From Thermoplasmatota archaeon (GTDB lineage: Archaea; Thermoplasmatota; Thermoplasmata; Thermoplasmatales; Thermoplasmataceae), in assembly GCA_023379845.1 (NCBI GenBank), contig JAMCPG010000023.1, positions 6,969-70,968 of the forward strand: a stretch of DNA of 64,000 nucleotides, in the 5' to 3' direction. The notes under the pieces were generated by a model. That model searched no databases. It had not been told where the DNA came from and worked only from the letters and a program-made list of their open reading frames with translations. Shown piece after piece: positions 47,140 through 57,277 of this stretch (position 1 is the stretch's first letter; every line of letters begins with the position of its first letter). Made by a program: the position numbers and the translations under genes.

Positions 47140-47736
47140 ATGCTTCCTTGTCGATCCATGCGTGATAACAGAATCTTATGCGAGTGGGCTAACAAGTCAA
47201 AGAAAATGAGAGAATATCATGATAATGAGTGGGGAAGGCCATTACTAGATGACACCTCTCTTTTCGGCCTCTTCGTTCTGGAAACTTTCCAGGCTGGGCT
47301 GAGCTGGTCACTAGTTCTAGAGAAACGAGCGGCAATACGGAACGCACTATTTTCATTCAACCCAGAAAAAATAATGAGTTTGTCAGAAGCGGACGTGATT
47401 TCTATGCTCGAAAACCCACTTATCATAAGAAACAGGGCAAAGATAAAATCTGCAATCCAGAACGCAAAAAGCCTTAACGCTATGCATGGACGTGGGCAAA
47501 GTTTCTCGGAAATAGTATGGTCATATCAGCCAAAGGTCCATTTTATGCCTTCGACCATTAATGAAATTCCATCACAAACTGAAGAGTCCAGAATGATGAG
47601 TATTCATCTGAGGAACCTTGGATTTACCTTTGCCGGACCTGTAACCTGTTATTCATTCATGCAGGGTGCAGGTATTGTTAATGATCACATTTCAGAATGT
47701 TCAATAGGTATCGAGATTTCGAGAATTACGCATTGA
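47140..47736 (+). CDS. tag: DNA-3-methyladenine glycosylase I
   Basis: C-x-W...YHDNEWGRP, then ETFQAGLSW, then FMQGAGIVNDHISEC (the Tag zinc-snap residues). The ATG at 47158 is an alternative start. Confidence 0.9.
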   Translation: MLPCRSMRDNRILCEWANKSKKMREYHDNEWGRPLLDDTSLFGLFVLETFQAGLSWSLVLEKRAAIRNALFSFNPEKIMSLSEADVISMLENPLIIRNRAKIKSAIQNAKSLNAMHGRGQSFSEIVWSYQPKVHFMPSTINEIPSQTEESRMMSIHLRNLGFTFAGPVTCYSFMQGAGIVNDHISECSIGIEISRITH

Positions 47737-47760
47737 CGATTTATATGGAAAGTCCAACAC

Positions 47761-48396
47761 TTATGGTTCATGCTTGTGTATAAGGAACCTGCAGAAACTT
47801 TCTCCTGTTATCTGCTTATGAGTCGAGTCTACCTGTACTCCCAACACGCTGCGGAACAAGCTGTTCTCTAGATCGCATGCCTCACCCATCAGTGTGGCTA
47901 TCTGGAATATTGGGCAGTTGAACTCTATGAGTTCATGGATTCCGCCAGGTGTATTTCTGAGTTCAGCCATATAGCCTTCACGATCTCTCATGACAGCAAG
48001 CTGCTTGAGTCTCTTTTCAGCATCAAGCGGAAAAAGTTCCTGTTCATATTCATCTCTTATTGACGCATATCGCTTCTTCAGGAAGTCCAGAACCAGGTCC
48101 TTCTGATCTTTTGAGATAAGGTAAGAGACAAGATCAGTCATCAGGCCTGCATAGGATGAAACGAACCTCTTCTTGCCGGAGGGTGTTAGGGCAAACATGG
48201 ATACCGGCCTGCCCACATGCTTTTTGACAGTACTCCTTTCTATGAGCCCAGATGCCTCAAGCGCGGTGATATGCTTGAAGACTGCCATCTTTGTAACGCC
48301 AAGTCTGGAAGCAATCTGGCTCATTGACAAATGACTCTCCTTTTTCAGCAAAGAAAGGATCTGCATCCTCGTGGATCTGTCCTGGTTGATTTCCAT
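47761..48396 (-). CDS. winged-helix (ArsR/DeoR-like HTH) regulator with C-terminal Cys-containing domain
   Basis: HTH segment RMQILSLLKKESHLSMSQIASRLGVTKMAVFKHITALEASGLIE...GRP. The C-terminal half contains FNCPIF...GEACD...ESFC. Immediately downstream of the DHA2 transporter gene on the same strand. Confidence 0.75.
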   Translation of the reverse strand: MEINQDRSTRMQILSLLKKESHLSMSQIASRLGVTKMAVFKHITALEASGLIERSTVKKHVGRPVSMFALTPSGKKRFVSSYAGLMTDLVSYLISKDQKDLVLDFLKKRYASIRDEYEQELFPLDAEKRLKQLAVMRDREGYMAELRNTPGGIHELIEFNCPIFQIATLMGEACDLENSLFRSVLGVQVDSTHKQITGESFCRFLIHKHEP

Positions 48397-48428
48397 GCTT
48401 TAATAAACTCAAATGTTTATAAATACTT

Positions 48429-49907
48429 TTACTTCTTTGTTTCCTGATCCGAACGGGCAGGTTGTTGCCAGACGCCTTCTGTTCCGCTATGAGCCAAAGT
48501 TTGAGGCCTTGCCCTCTTTGCCCGCCCAACTGAAAAAATACCAGCTACTATGAGGAGGATTATGCTTACAATGAGTGCAGAATGAAGCCCTGTTATGAAC
48601 GATTTTGAGAGTGTTGTACCAAGCGTGTACTTTCCTAAAAAGACTGCATATGCAGCCTGTCTTGGAATAGTCTCAGCAGCTACGGTTATTGTGATTACAT
48701 ATGATAGAAGTGTTCCCATATTTGATAGTGTGCGAAGCAGTCCGGATATAGAGCCATACAACTCCCTTGGAGAGCTGGACATGACTGAACTGCTGTTTGA
48801 CGGCCAGAACATTGCTCCTCCGAATCCGGAAATCACAGAACCGAGTATAACAACATAAATAGAGGTCCCAACGCCTAAAAACAGGTATACAAAAACACCA
48901 ATTGACATAAAAAATATGCCTGCTGTGGCAACGATTCCTGCGCCAACCTTGTCGGCGTACCTGCCCATTAATGGAGCCAGGAAGCTTGCAAGGACATATC
49001 CAGGGACCAGCAGAATTGATGCATACAGGGGAGTGAAGCCGCGAATCCCCTGAAGATACATTATCAGTATGAAGACAACAGAAAGATAGCCGACTGCCTG
49101 CAAGGTTGCTGCGATTAGTGAATAAGACAGGAGTCTTTCCTTGAACGCTCTCAGCTCTATCAGCGGGCTTTTCACCCTTGATTCGGCTATAATGAACGGA
49201 ATAATCATGAGGATTCCTATTGTTATTTCAACGATATTGTCGATATCGAGTCCATGGCCTGCAATATCAGTTGCACCGTATGCTATCAGGGTCAGTATCC
49301 CGAAAAGGATCGAAGTTCCGACATAGTCAATCTTCGTTTGGCTCTTCTTATTGTCTTTTATGTACATAAGAGCTATAACAAATCCAATAAGTCCTATTGG
49401 CACATTGATATAGAAAATGTAACGCCACCCAATCAGTGTAGTTATGAAACCGCCAAGGACTATTCCCAGGGTCCCACCTATATTCCAGCCCATTGAGGTT
49501 ATGCCAAAAGCCTTCCCGCGCTCACCCGGGGGAAAATGATCCGCCACAATTGCGCTGCTGTTTGCCTGAATAAGGGCAGCCCCAAATCCTTGCAGCGCCC
49601 TGAATCCAATGAGAAAATCAACGGTTGGGGAAACACCTGCCAGGCCAGAACCTAAAATGAATATCAGGAATCCAAGATTGAAGATCCTGCCCCTGCCAAA
49701 TATGTCTCCAAGCCTACCCATCTGCGTGGTGAGAACAGCCAGCACCAGAAGATAGATCAGAATTACCCAGATAGTTTCAATGAACGACGCATTTTTAAAG
49801 CTACTGGTTATAGTCGGCAGGGCAAGTATAACTATTGTTGTGTCTATTGCCGACATCAATGTCCCGATCAGGACACTTAGAAGAATCAGGCCTCTTCTTT
49901 CCGCCAT
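48429..49907 (-). CDS. MFS transporter, DHA2 (EmrB/QacA-like, 14-TMS) family
   Basis: 492 aa, about 14 hydrophobic segments. N-terminal LMSAIDTTIVILALPTI and the GRLGDIFGRGR loop. Confidence 0.88.
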   Translation of the reverse strand: MAERRGLILLSVLIGTLMSAIDTTIVILALPTITSSFKNASFIETIWVILIYLLVLAVLTTQMGRLGDIFGRGRIFNLGFLIFILGSGLAGVSPTVDFLIGFRALQGFGAALIQANSSAIVADHFPPGERGKAFGITSMGWNIGGTLGIVLGGFITTLIGWRYIFYINVPIGLIGFVIALMYIKDNKKSQTKIDYVGTSILFGILTLIAYGATDIAGHGLDIDNIVEITIGILMIIPFIIAESRVKSPLIELRAFKERLLSYSLIAATLQAVGYLSVVFILIMYLQGIRGFTPLYASILLVPGYVLASFLAPLMGRYADKVGAGIVATAGIFFMSIGVFVYLFLGVGTSIYVVILGSVISGFGGAMFWPSNSSSVMSSSPRELYGSISGLLRTLSNMGTLLSYVITITVAAETIPRQAAYAVFLGKYTLGTTLSKSFITGLHSALIVSIILLIVAGIFSVGRAKRARPQTLAHSGTEGVWQQPARSDQETKK

Positions 49908-50154
49908 TATTGACCACGCATCGGGGTCGGATCACCCCAGCGCCAAAATATCAGTTCTATGCTTTAGATGCCTGCACAGTCCTACAGCAGTTTGGCTGGT
50001 GGTTATTATTCTAAAATATTTAACCTTATCCTGATTAGAACGTATTTTCAATATCATAGGTTCCAACACATGCCAAAAAGTGGCTTCATGTGAATCCATA
50101 CGAGGTTCTGCCAGAATGCTTTTTATGGGATAACATAATTTACAATTGATAATC

Positions 50155-50361
50155 ATGCCAAGACTAGTTTTACATGAAAGAAACAGGCCGTACATGGTGA
50201 AGGTAGGGGACCAGGAACTGCATCTTTGCGCGTGTGGGCTTTCCAACAACAAGCCATTATGCGATGGAAGCCATAAGAGAACGCTTGACGAAGGCTCTGA
50301 ACTCTTCGTGTACGACGAGACAGGTCGCCTGAAAGTCACAAGCTTTTATAAAAAAGAGTAA
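50155..50361 (+). CDS. CDGSH iron-sulfur domain protein
   Basis: Perfect CDGSH signature CACGLSNNKPLCDGSH. The ATG at 50155 is preferred over the TTG at 50146. Confidence 0.85.
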   Translation: MPRLVLHERNRPYMVKVGDQELHLCACGLSNNKPLCDGSHKRTLDEGSELFVYDETGRLKVTSFYKKE

Positions 50362-50391
50362 AACATTCGAGAAATTTGAAGAAAAATGACT

Positions 50392-51096
50392 TCACGAGAG
50401 AGGCTTTTCATAGACTGAAGCCTCCTCAAATCCTTCAAGTTTTTTTCCATTCTTTATGAAAGACCCGAGATGGTCCGGCACACAGGTTATCCCTTTAGGA
50501 ATGAGCATTACCTCTTCATTCATTTCCATGAACTGAAAGGTCTCTTCGTGGTCATGGTAGATGAAAACTGAGGATCCGCCGTCCGTCAAGAGGGAGCCAA
50601 GTTTTTCCTTCATATTGGCATGATTTGCAAACCGCCATCCCACATTAACAAGGGTATCGTATCGCTTAGCTGATTCGACCATCTCAGTGATATCTGGTCT
50701 GCCCTCATAGAAATGGAACACGCTCTTTTTAACAAAGCCGTTCTTTAGGGCAAGTGAAACAGATCTCTGGTTTTCGTTATGGATAAGCATACGCGCAAAA
50801 CTGGCTCCCCGGCTAATTGCAAAGACCAGGGCCGCATTCGTCATGGAATCACCGATCCCCTGTCTCCAGTGCTCGGGACCGACGCGAATCCCGCTTAGCC
50901 AGGCACTGCCATCAGGAAGCATCTCAATTTTCAGGAAGCCGCATGGCATGTCGATTTCGCACACAAGTATGGTGCCTTCGCTCATGTAAGCTCGCCCCAT
51001 ATTATTTATGTAATCCATGTACCCGGACGCCTTGGATATCCGGCTTATATGCTGCCAGTCAGCTTCTACGGCTAGCCTGATTTTCTTCTGCTCCAT
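50392..51096 (-). CDS. GNAT family N-acetyltransferase
   Basis: Acetyl-CoA binding motif A region LSGIRVGPEHWRQGIGDSM in the N-terminal half. 234 aa. Confidence 0.8.
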   Translation of the reverse strand: MEQKKIRLAVEADWQHISRISKASGYMDYINNMGRAYMSEGTILVCEIDMPCGFLKIEMLPDGSAWLSGIRVGPEHWRQGIGDSMTNAALVFAISRGASFARMLIHNENQRSVSLALKNGFVKKSVFHFYEGRPDITEMVESAKRYDTLVNVGWRFANHANMKEKLGSLLTDGGSSVFIYHDHEETFQFMEMNEEVMLIPKGITCVPDHLGSFIKNGKKLEGFEEASVYEKPLS

Positions 51097-51124
51097 TCTA
51101 CAGGATCAATATGAATCAGGAAGA

Positions 51125-51136
51125 GATATTAATATT
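51125..51136 (+). promoter_or_regulatory. TATA-like box for the alcohol dehydrogenase gene
   Basis: GATATTAATATT, centred about 26 nt upstream of the ATG at 51156. Confidence 0.45.
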
Positions 51137-51155
51137 GTCTTGCATTTCTTTTCTC

Positions 51156-52136
51156 ATGAAAGCAGTACTGGTAAGAAAACCATACGGGGAAGAGAATGCA
51201 GGCATCGCGGATGTGCCGGATCCTGTTCCACAGAAGGATGAAATCGTGGTCAAGGTTCTATTCGCAGGGCTTAACCCTATAGATATCAATGTTGTGAGGA
51301 ATAAGACTGTCTATGGACTGAAACCAGATCCGCACATTCCCGGATCAGAAATTTCCGGTGTAGCGGAAACATCGGGAAAAACTATTAAAAAGGGTGATCG
51401 TGTCATTCTATATTCTAGATGGTTCGACGGTACATGCAAGTACTGTAAAAGCGGCAGGGAAGAACTTTGCTCGAGCGGCGGGATATTCGGCGTTCTATCA
51501 AACGGTGGTTACTGTGAAAAAATATCCGTACCGGAGAAGATGCTTCTTAGAATCCCGGATGAGGTAAACATTGAGGATGCTGTCAGCATTCCGGTAGGAG
51601 GTTTGACAGCACTGCATGCGCTGAACAGGGCTGGAGCTGCCAGCGGGCAGAAATTGCTTGTATATGGGGCCTCCGGCAACACAGGACTGTTTGCGACCTT
51701 GTTAGGCAAGTATAGAGGGATGGAGGTCTCGGCCGTCTCGTCCAAGGAATGGGTGAAAAAATATGGCGCCTCATCCGTTTATTCTCATGATAAGATTCCT
51801 GAGGACCTTAAAGCTGATGTTATCATAAATTCGCTAGGTGGAGATCTCTTTACTGAATCATTCAATCATGCTGCACCTGGAGCTAAAATTGCAACATTTG
51901 GGGTATTCACCGGTGCTAACGTCCAGGTCAACCTTGCTAAGATCTATACGCAGGAGATCGAAATAATCGGGACAACTGGAGGAACGGTCGCTGAAATGAA
52001 ATCCCTTTTACAAACTATGCAAACAAATTCCATTCGCCTGCCGACAGACAGGGTTTTTGGCATCGATCATTTGAAGGAGGCAATTCAGGCTTACTCTGGC
52101 AGGACTGAAGGCAGGATACTTCTCAGAGTGCAGTGA
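51156..52136 (+). CDS. zinc-type alcohol dehydrogenase / MDR-family oxidoreductase
   Basis: MKAVLV start typical of MDRs. Structural-zinc lobe CKYCKSGREELC. Nucleotide-binding motif VYGASGNTG. The 15-codon extension in the ORF track is rejected. Confidence 0.9.
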   Translation: MKAVLVRKPYGEENAGIADVPDPVPQKDEIVVKVLFAGLNPIDINVVRNKTVYGLKPDPHIPGSEISGVAETSGKTIKKGDRVILYSRWFDGTCKYCKSGREELCSSGGIFGVLSNGGYCEKISVPEKMLLRIPDEVNIEDAVSIPVGGLTALHALNRAGAASGQKLLVYGASGNTGLFATLLGKYRGMEVSAVSSKEWVKKYGASSVYSHDKIPEDLKADVIINSLGGDLFTESFNHAAPGAKIATFGVFTGANVQVNLAKIYTQEIEIIGTTGGTVAEMKSLLQTMQTNSIRLPTDRVFGIDHLKEAIQAYSGRTEGRILLRVQ

Positions 52137-52142
52137 TCGTGC

Positions 52143-52784
52143 TTACAATCTTGAAAGGAGGCCAACTCTCTCCGTCACATTGCCGGAAAATATATATGAC
52201 GCAGATACAACGATGTCTGCACCCGCATCCCTGCATACCTGGGCTTTTTCAAGGGTGACCCCGCCATCGACTTCTATGGAAGCCTGAAGCTTATGATCAT
52301 CGATATACATGCGGGCCTCCCTTATCTTGCCAACTGCATCTTCTATGAACTTCTGACCAGAGAAGCCAGGATGGACACTCATAATCAGGAGTATTGAAGC
52401 ATCTTCAATAAAAGGCAAAGCCTTCTCCAATGGTGTTTCAGGGTTTATCACAATTCCGTATCTGTAACCTTCATGCGATATCCTTCTTACAAGAGATCCA
52501 GTGTTGATTGGCGACTCTACATGGATAAGTGGGATATCTGCACCCGCATCGATAAAATCCTTGTAATATCTCTCCGGATTCTGTAGCATAAGATGTGCCT
52601 CAAGATCCAGGTCGGTGCATCTTCGAACAGCCTTTACAAGATCCGGACCCATTGTCAGGTTTGGCACGAAATGCCCATCCATGACGTCCAGATGAAAAGA
52701 AGCGGCGCCACCTTCCACGCATTTTGCTATCTCTGATCCCAGATATTCTAGTTTTGCAGATATTATTGACGGGGATACTTTCAC
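52143..52784 (-). CDS. rpe: ribulose-phosphate 3-epimerase
   Basis: HLDVMDGHFVPN, MSVHPGFSGQKF, IEVDGG. GTG start. Confidence 0.94.
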   Translation of the reverse strand: MKVSPSIISAKLEYLGSEIAKCVEGGAASFHLDVMDGHFVPNLTMGPDLVKAVRRCTDLDLEAHLMLQNPERYYKDFIDAGADIPLIHVESPINTGSLVRRISHEGYRYGIVINPETPLEKALPFIEDASILLIMSVHPGFSGQKFIEDAVGKIREARMYIDDHKLQASIEVDGGVTLEKAQVCRDAGADIVVSASYIFSGNVTERVGLLSRL

Positions 52785-52884
52785 AGCAAGATATTTTCAT
52801 CTTGGCTAAATTATTTTCATTCTAAGTGCAAATTGTAAACAGAAACAAGAGAAAAGTTAATACACAGTATTATGTTCATATTTC

Positions 52885-53397
52885 ATGAGCTCCAGGAAAC
52901 CTTCCGGCGGGAGTGCTATTTCCGGCAAGGACAGGGCGCTTGTCAGGAATGATCTGATCACAAACATAATACGCCTTAAGTCCAGGCTGAAATCGAGATT
53001 TGACAATCTGTATTCTAAGTCGAGCATGGACCACGTGAGGAATCTTTTAAAGGAACTTTCCGAGCAGGAGGATGATGATATCCAGATTCTAGAGAAAGCA
53101 ATGGAGGAGGAGCCAACATCTTCAATTGAGGTACCTGCTGAAGCAGAGGATGATTACGAGAGGTTTGATCATCTCCTTCAAGAGGAAGGGCCAATAGACC
53201 ATAATGACGTGAAGAGTATCCTCATGCTCGCAATGAGGTACTACAGGGATCTTTACAACATCTTACAGCTGATGGAGAAAGAATATTCCGATCCTGTAAT
53301 AAAAAACGCTATTTCCGTGAGCATGGCGCGCGAACTTGCGAACAAGAAGAAGATAGAAGACCTTTTGGACGAAATTGTCCACAAAGACTACTGGTAA
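52885..53397 (+). CDS. hypothetical acidic helical protein (170 aa)
   Basis: ORF with coding-like composition, 63 nt upstream of the ABC1 kinase gene on the same strand. No motif recognised. Confidence 0.65.
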   Translation: MSSRKPSGGSAISGKDRALVRNDLITNIIRLKSRLKSRFDNLYSKSSMDHVRNLLKELSEQEDDDIQILEKAMEEEPTSSIEVPAEAEDDYERFDHLLQEEGPIDHNDVKSILMLAMRYYRDLYNILQLMEKEYSDPVIKNAISVSMARELANKKKIEDLLDEIVHKDYW

Positions 53398-53459
53398 GAA
53401 CCATTTTTTGAGTCTAGCAATACAAGGATATTTATTAGGAAAGTGGACATCAGTAAGAA

Positions 53460-55019
53460 ATGCCCGAAGCTCCGGTCAAAATAAGTATAAGGGACGAGCT
53501 TCGCGTTCTCTTGAAGCTTTATCCTGTTTTCAGGCGCTACACCAAGGATAGAGCACGCGTTAAGAAAAGCGAGGATCATGTCTGGGATACAAAGATTGAG
53601 GCCAATGGCCAGAAGGCGGTCAACACATTCATTGAGCTAGGACCCACTTATATCAAGTTGGGACAGGTGATTTCGGCAAGGCCCGACCTTCTTCCAAATG
53701 AGTATATAAAAGCATTCGAGCAACTCCAGGACAGCGTCCCGCCGGCTCCATTTCAAGAGGTCAAACCCGTCATAGAAATGAATATAGGCAAGATTTCTGA
53801 AGTATTTGATTCGTTCAACGAGGAAGCCATCTCAGGTGCGTCGCTTGGTCAGGTATACCTTGCAAAATATCATGGCGATGACGTCGTCGTCAAGGTAAAC
53901 AGGCCAAATATACGGGAGCGAGTCCGGAAAGACATCGCAGTGATCAGCAGGCTGCTGACATTTGCAAGAAGGCGTCTTGACACATATCTATATGTATCCC
54001 TTGACAACGTAATTGCTGATTTCAGGGGAAGAATCTTTGACGAAGCAGACTACCTTAAGGAATCTTCGAACATAATGAGGATTGGTGAAAACATCAGGAA
54101 GAGACAGGAGAAGGTGATCGTTCCTGAAGTCTACCAGGAACTTACCTCATCACAGGTGCTCGTCATGAGATATCATCCCGGGGTAAAGATAACTGATGTA
54201 AAGACACTTGGAGGCATGGGAATAGATCTGAAAAACCTGGCATGGCGGCTTGATCTTCTCTTTATGAGGATGCTTCTGAGAGACAAGATATTTCATGCAG
54301 ATCCACACCCAGGGAACATCTCGGTTGCAGACGACGGTACAATTATCCTCTATGATTACGGCATGGTGGGAAGCCTTGATGAAAAAACAAGATTCCAGCT
54401 CCTCAAGCTATACGACGGGCTGTCTAACTCGGATCCTGATGTAATCATGGATTCCCTGATTTCAATGAACGCTCTTTCTCCAGTGGCAAACAGGGCTGTA
54501 ATGCGGAGAACCATGGAACTCGCGATTGCAAACCTTCAGGGAAAACCTGTAGAGGAACGGGAGGTCCAGGAGATATTCTCAATTGCTAACGACGTGATCT
54601 TTGAATTTCCATTCAGGCTTCCCAGGGAGCTAGTCCTGTATATGAGGATGAGCTCGCTTCTTGAAGGAACGTGCAAGCTCCTTGATCCGGATTTTAGATT
54701 TATAGCAATCCTGAGGCAGATCCTTTATCAGGAAGGAATGCTCAATGACCTGTACCGCTTCCAGATATCTGAATTTGTGCGAAAATCTATCTATTCGATC
54801 GAAAAAGGGCTTGATGTCCTGCCACTTCTCAAGAGAAGCCTTGAAGAACAATCGGGGAACCACAATTCCCGGAATAACATAAAGATCCCAGCATCCATAT
54901 TTCTTGGATTTTTCGCGCTCGCATCCGTCTACATAGCGACGACTGACAGCTATCTAGGCTTCTCGCTTCTTGGTCTATCTGTGATACTGTTCATGTTGGT
55001 TCTTTTCAGGAAGAGCTGA
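53460..55019 (+). CDS. ABC1/UbiB-family atypical protein kinase
   Basis: GPTYIKLGQ, ISGASLGQVY, VVVKVNRP, FHADPHPGN, DYGMVG. C-terminal TM helices. Confidence 0.92.
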   Translation: MPEAPVKISIRDELRVLLKLYPVFRRYTKDRARVKKSEDHVWDTKIEANGQKAVNTFIELGPTYIKLGQVISARPDLLPNEYIKAFEQLQDSVPPAPFQEVKPVIEMNIGKISEVFDSFNEEAISGASLGQVYLAKYHGDDVVVKVNRPNIRERVRKDIAVISRLLTFARRRLDTYLYVSLDNVIADFRGRIFDEADYLKESSNIMRIGENIRKRQEKVIVPEVYQELTSSQVLVMRYHPGVKITDVKTLGGMGIDLKNLAWRLDLLFMRMLLRDKIFHADPHPGNISVADDGTIILYDYGMVGSLDEKTRFQLLKLYDGLSNSDPDVIMDSLISMNALSPVANRAVMRRTMELAIANLQGKPVEEREVQEIFSIANDVIFEFPFRLPRELVLYMRMSSLLEGTCKLLDPDFRFIAILRQILYQEGMLNDLYRFQISEFVRKSIYSIEKGLDVLPLLKRSLEEQSGNHNSRNNIKIPASIFLGFFALASVYIATTDSYLGFSLLGLSVILFMLVLFRKS

Positions 55020-55072
55020 AATCCTACACTACAAACGATCAGATTCTTACCCGGCTTCTGGTTCAAGTATTC

Positions 55073-55417
55073 TCAACTGATCAGGTCTTTTTTCTTCTTG
55101 AATTCATCTTCAGTTATCTCTCCACGTGCGAATTTATCTTTGAGTATATCCAACGGGTCGGATCTCGTTTCGTGCTCTACCTTAAAGGATCCGATCAGAT
55201 AGAAGAAGAGAAAAACAAAAATGATGGCCAAGGCCGCCATTATTGGCATCATAATATACCAGTATCCATAATATCCGCCGTACATCATTCCATATCCATA
55301 ACCGGGTGAACTGTAAATTGTCGGCTTTATAATAAATAAGCCAACGAAAAACATTACCACCACAACTGCGACGAGTGAAATAGCGGCGATCTTTAATAGG
55401 TGCGTCCCTCGATCCAT
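55073..55417 (-). CDS. small membrane protein with C-terminal SHOCT domain
   Basis: Two TM helices flank a Gly/Tyr-rich stretch (GYGYGMMYGGYYGYWY). The C-terminus LKDKFARGEITEDEFKKKKDL matches the SHOCT pattern. Confidence 0.75.
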   Translation of the reverse strand: MDRGTHLLKIAAISLVAVVVVMFFVGLFIIKPTIYSSPGYGYGMMYGGYYGYWYIMMPIMAALAIIFVFLFFYLIGSFKVEHETRSDPLDILKDKFARGEITEDEFKKKKDLIS

Positions 55418-55556
55418 ATAATATTTCGTCCCGTATTCCCAGTACAGGGTGGATTATCAGATTATACCCATATATGTATGCATAAATGATGCTCTCGGCG
55501 CAATTACATTAACACTCAGAGATCTGCATTCCAGAAAAAAATGTCTGATGGAAGAT

Positions 55557-55937
55557 CTAATCTACCTTAACAGTTTTTATACCTTTTACAGGAATCCTTA
55601 CCGTGAGTACACCATTAGTGTATTTTGCGGTCAATTCTGCTGCAGGGTCAACGTCGTATGGAAGAGACACTCTCTTGAACAGGCTCTCGGGTCTCTGGTT
55701 GAGGATCACCGTTCCTTTTTGTTCCATCTTTCTGCTCCCCTGAATAACAATGGCATTCCTGTCCAGTCTTACCTTGACATCTTTCTTGTCGAAACCAGGC
55801 ATGTCTGCCTCAACGATAATCTCACCAGCGTCCTCCGATATAGTAACTGCGGGATAGAGGAAAGACAGCACTTCCTTTGCTCTGTCATTTATCGTTTTCA
55901 TGGCTTCACCAGCATAGAACTTCAATGGATTATACAT
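55557..55937 (-). CDS. hsp20: Hsp20/alpha-crystallin small heat-shock protein
   Basis: Alpha-crystallin domain IIVEADMPGFDKKDVKVRL...AKYTNGVLTVRIPV. 126 aa. Confidence 0.92.
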   Translation of the reverse strand: MYNPLKFYAGEAMKTINDRAKEVLSFLYPAVTISEDAGEIIVEADMPGFDKKDVKVRLDRNAIVIQGSRKMEQKGTVILNQRPESLFKRVSLPYDVDPAAELTAKYTNGVLTVRIPVKGIKTVKVD

Positions 55938-56083
55938 ACCTGATAATATTCTATTCGTATATATCCTTGATCGTCTTGATTATTGCACTGTATTTCCAAT
56001 AATTCATCTATTAATCCGGGATCCTTTATTAGTTGGCATGATCCAAGTTTTATAATATACGGTAGAATGATATGCTGCAATAA

Positions 56084-57277
56084 ATGGCCCGTCTTCCATT
56101 TTTTTTCTACAGGTACTTGAGTTCCAGATTTCTGGGAAGCATAGTCTTCAATGCATTTACAGTCTTCTTCCTGTGGGAGATTGTTGTTGCATTCAAGTCA
56201 GTATTTCTGGCGGGACTGATTCCCACAATTTCGCTTGCCTCAGATCTCCTCCTCACGGTTCCGGTCGGGCATCTCATTGATCGGTTCAACAGCACTAAAC
56301 TTGGGACGTTATCATCATTGATCTTGATTCTTGGAACTGCATTGTTGGTGATTGGACAATCTATACCTTTTATTTATACGGCTACAGTTTTCTTAACCAT
56401 CGGCGTAATGATGAAAGGAGATACAATCTCTGCAACAATAAAGAAGAACCTGGACAGGGAGCAATTCTTGCCTGCAAATCAGACCTTTTCTGGTGCCGGT
56501 TACGCATCATCATTGATAGGCACTTTATTTGGAGGAGCTTCCATCATCTACTTGCAGCATTACTTTGTGTTAATAATCCTTGGGATGTCAATTGCAGCTC
56601 TTCTTCTCTCCTTCCCTATATCGGAACCTCGTAACGCCGAAGAAAAAGCTGCGGTTAGGTCTGAATTGACCTCTACCTTTGTTTTTCTAAAGAAAATAAC
56701 TGGTTTTTTGGTCGTTGGTTTTGTGCTCAACGGCCTTCTTGTTTGCCTGGATGTATACTCTTCAGGGCTTTTTCACCTTGTCCTTAAGGTAAGCCCTGTT
56801 TATTACACATTATTTGTCGCCCTTCTCTCTGTAGGAGGTATTATTGGATCTTTACTGTCAGGACCTTTGCAAAAGCATGTCAACACCGCATATCGGATAT
56901 CCCTTCTAATCCTGTTGTATTCGCCAGCTATACTCTTTATTGCACTAGTGAAAAGCGCTATTGGCGATATTGTTGATTCGTTCTTAATTGGTCTGCTGTT
57001 ACCGGTGATAAACATACCTCTGGATGTCAACCTGATGAAGGTGGTGCCCAGAAACATTTACGGAAAGGTTATGGCGTTCCTCAGGGTATTTTTAGGTGGG
57101 GCTACCCCCGCTTTGGCGGCCGTCTTTTCATTTATGGCACTATTTTTCAGTGTAACTTCAATTTTTCTATACGCAGGAATTATTTTGTTCCCGGTTTGTG
57201 TCCTATCTTTCAAGGTGCTTCCAAAATTCTTTAGGATGGCGAATGAGGCATCCCTCAATTCTGAAAAGGAGGCATAA
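56084..57277 (+). CDS. MFS transporter
   Basis: 397 aa, about 12 hydrophobic segments. GHLIDRFN loop after TM2. Confidence 0.85.
   Translation: MARLPFFFYRYLSSRFLGSIVFNAFTVFFLWEIVVAFKSVFLAGLIPTISLASDLLLTVPVGHLIDRFNSTKLGTLSSLILILGTALLVIGQSIPFIYTATVFLTIGVMMKGDTISATIKKNLDREQFLPANQTFSGAGYASSLIGTLFGGASIIYLQHYFVLIILGMSIAALLLSFPISEPRNAEEKAAVRSELTSTFVFLKKITGFLVVGFVLNGLLVCLDVYSSGLFHLVLKVSPVYYTLFVALLSVGGIIGSLLSGPLQKHVNTAYRISLLILLYSPAILFIALVKSAIGDIVDSFLIGLLLPVINIPLDVNLMKVVPRNIYGKVMAFLRVFLGGATPALAAVFSFMALFFSVTSIFLYAGIILFPVCVLSFKVLPKFFRMANEASLNSEKEA

Noticed and set aside
49932-50339. 135-aa minus-strand ORF overlapping the CDGSH gene
   Set aside because: The plus-strand ORF carries a perfect CDGSH signature. 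The antisense ORF has odd composition and no motif.
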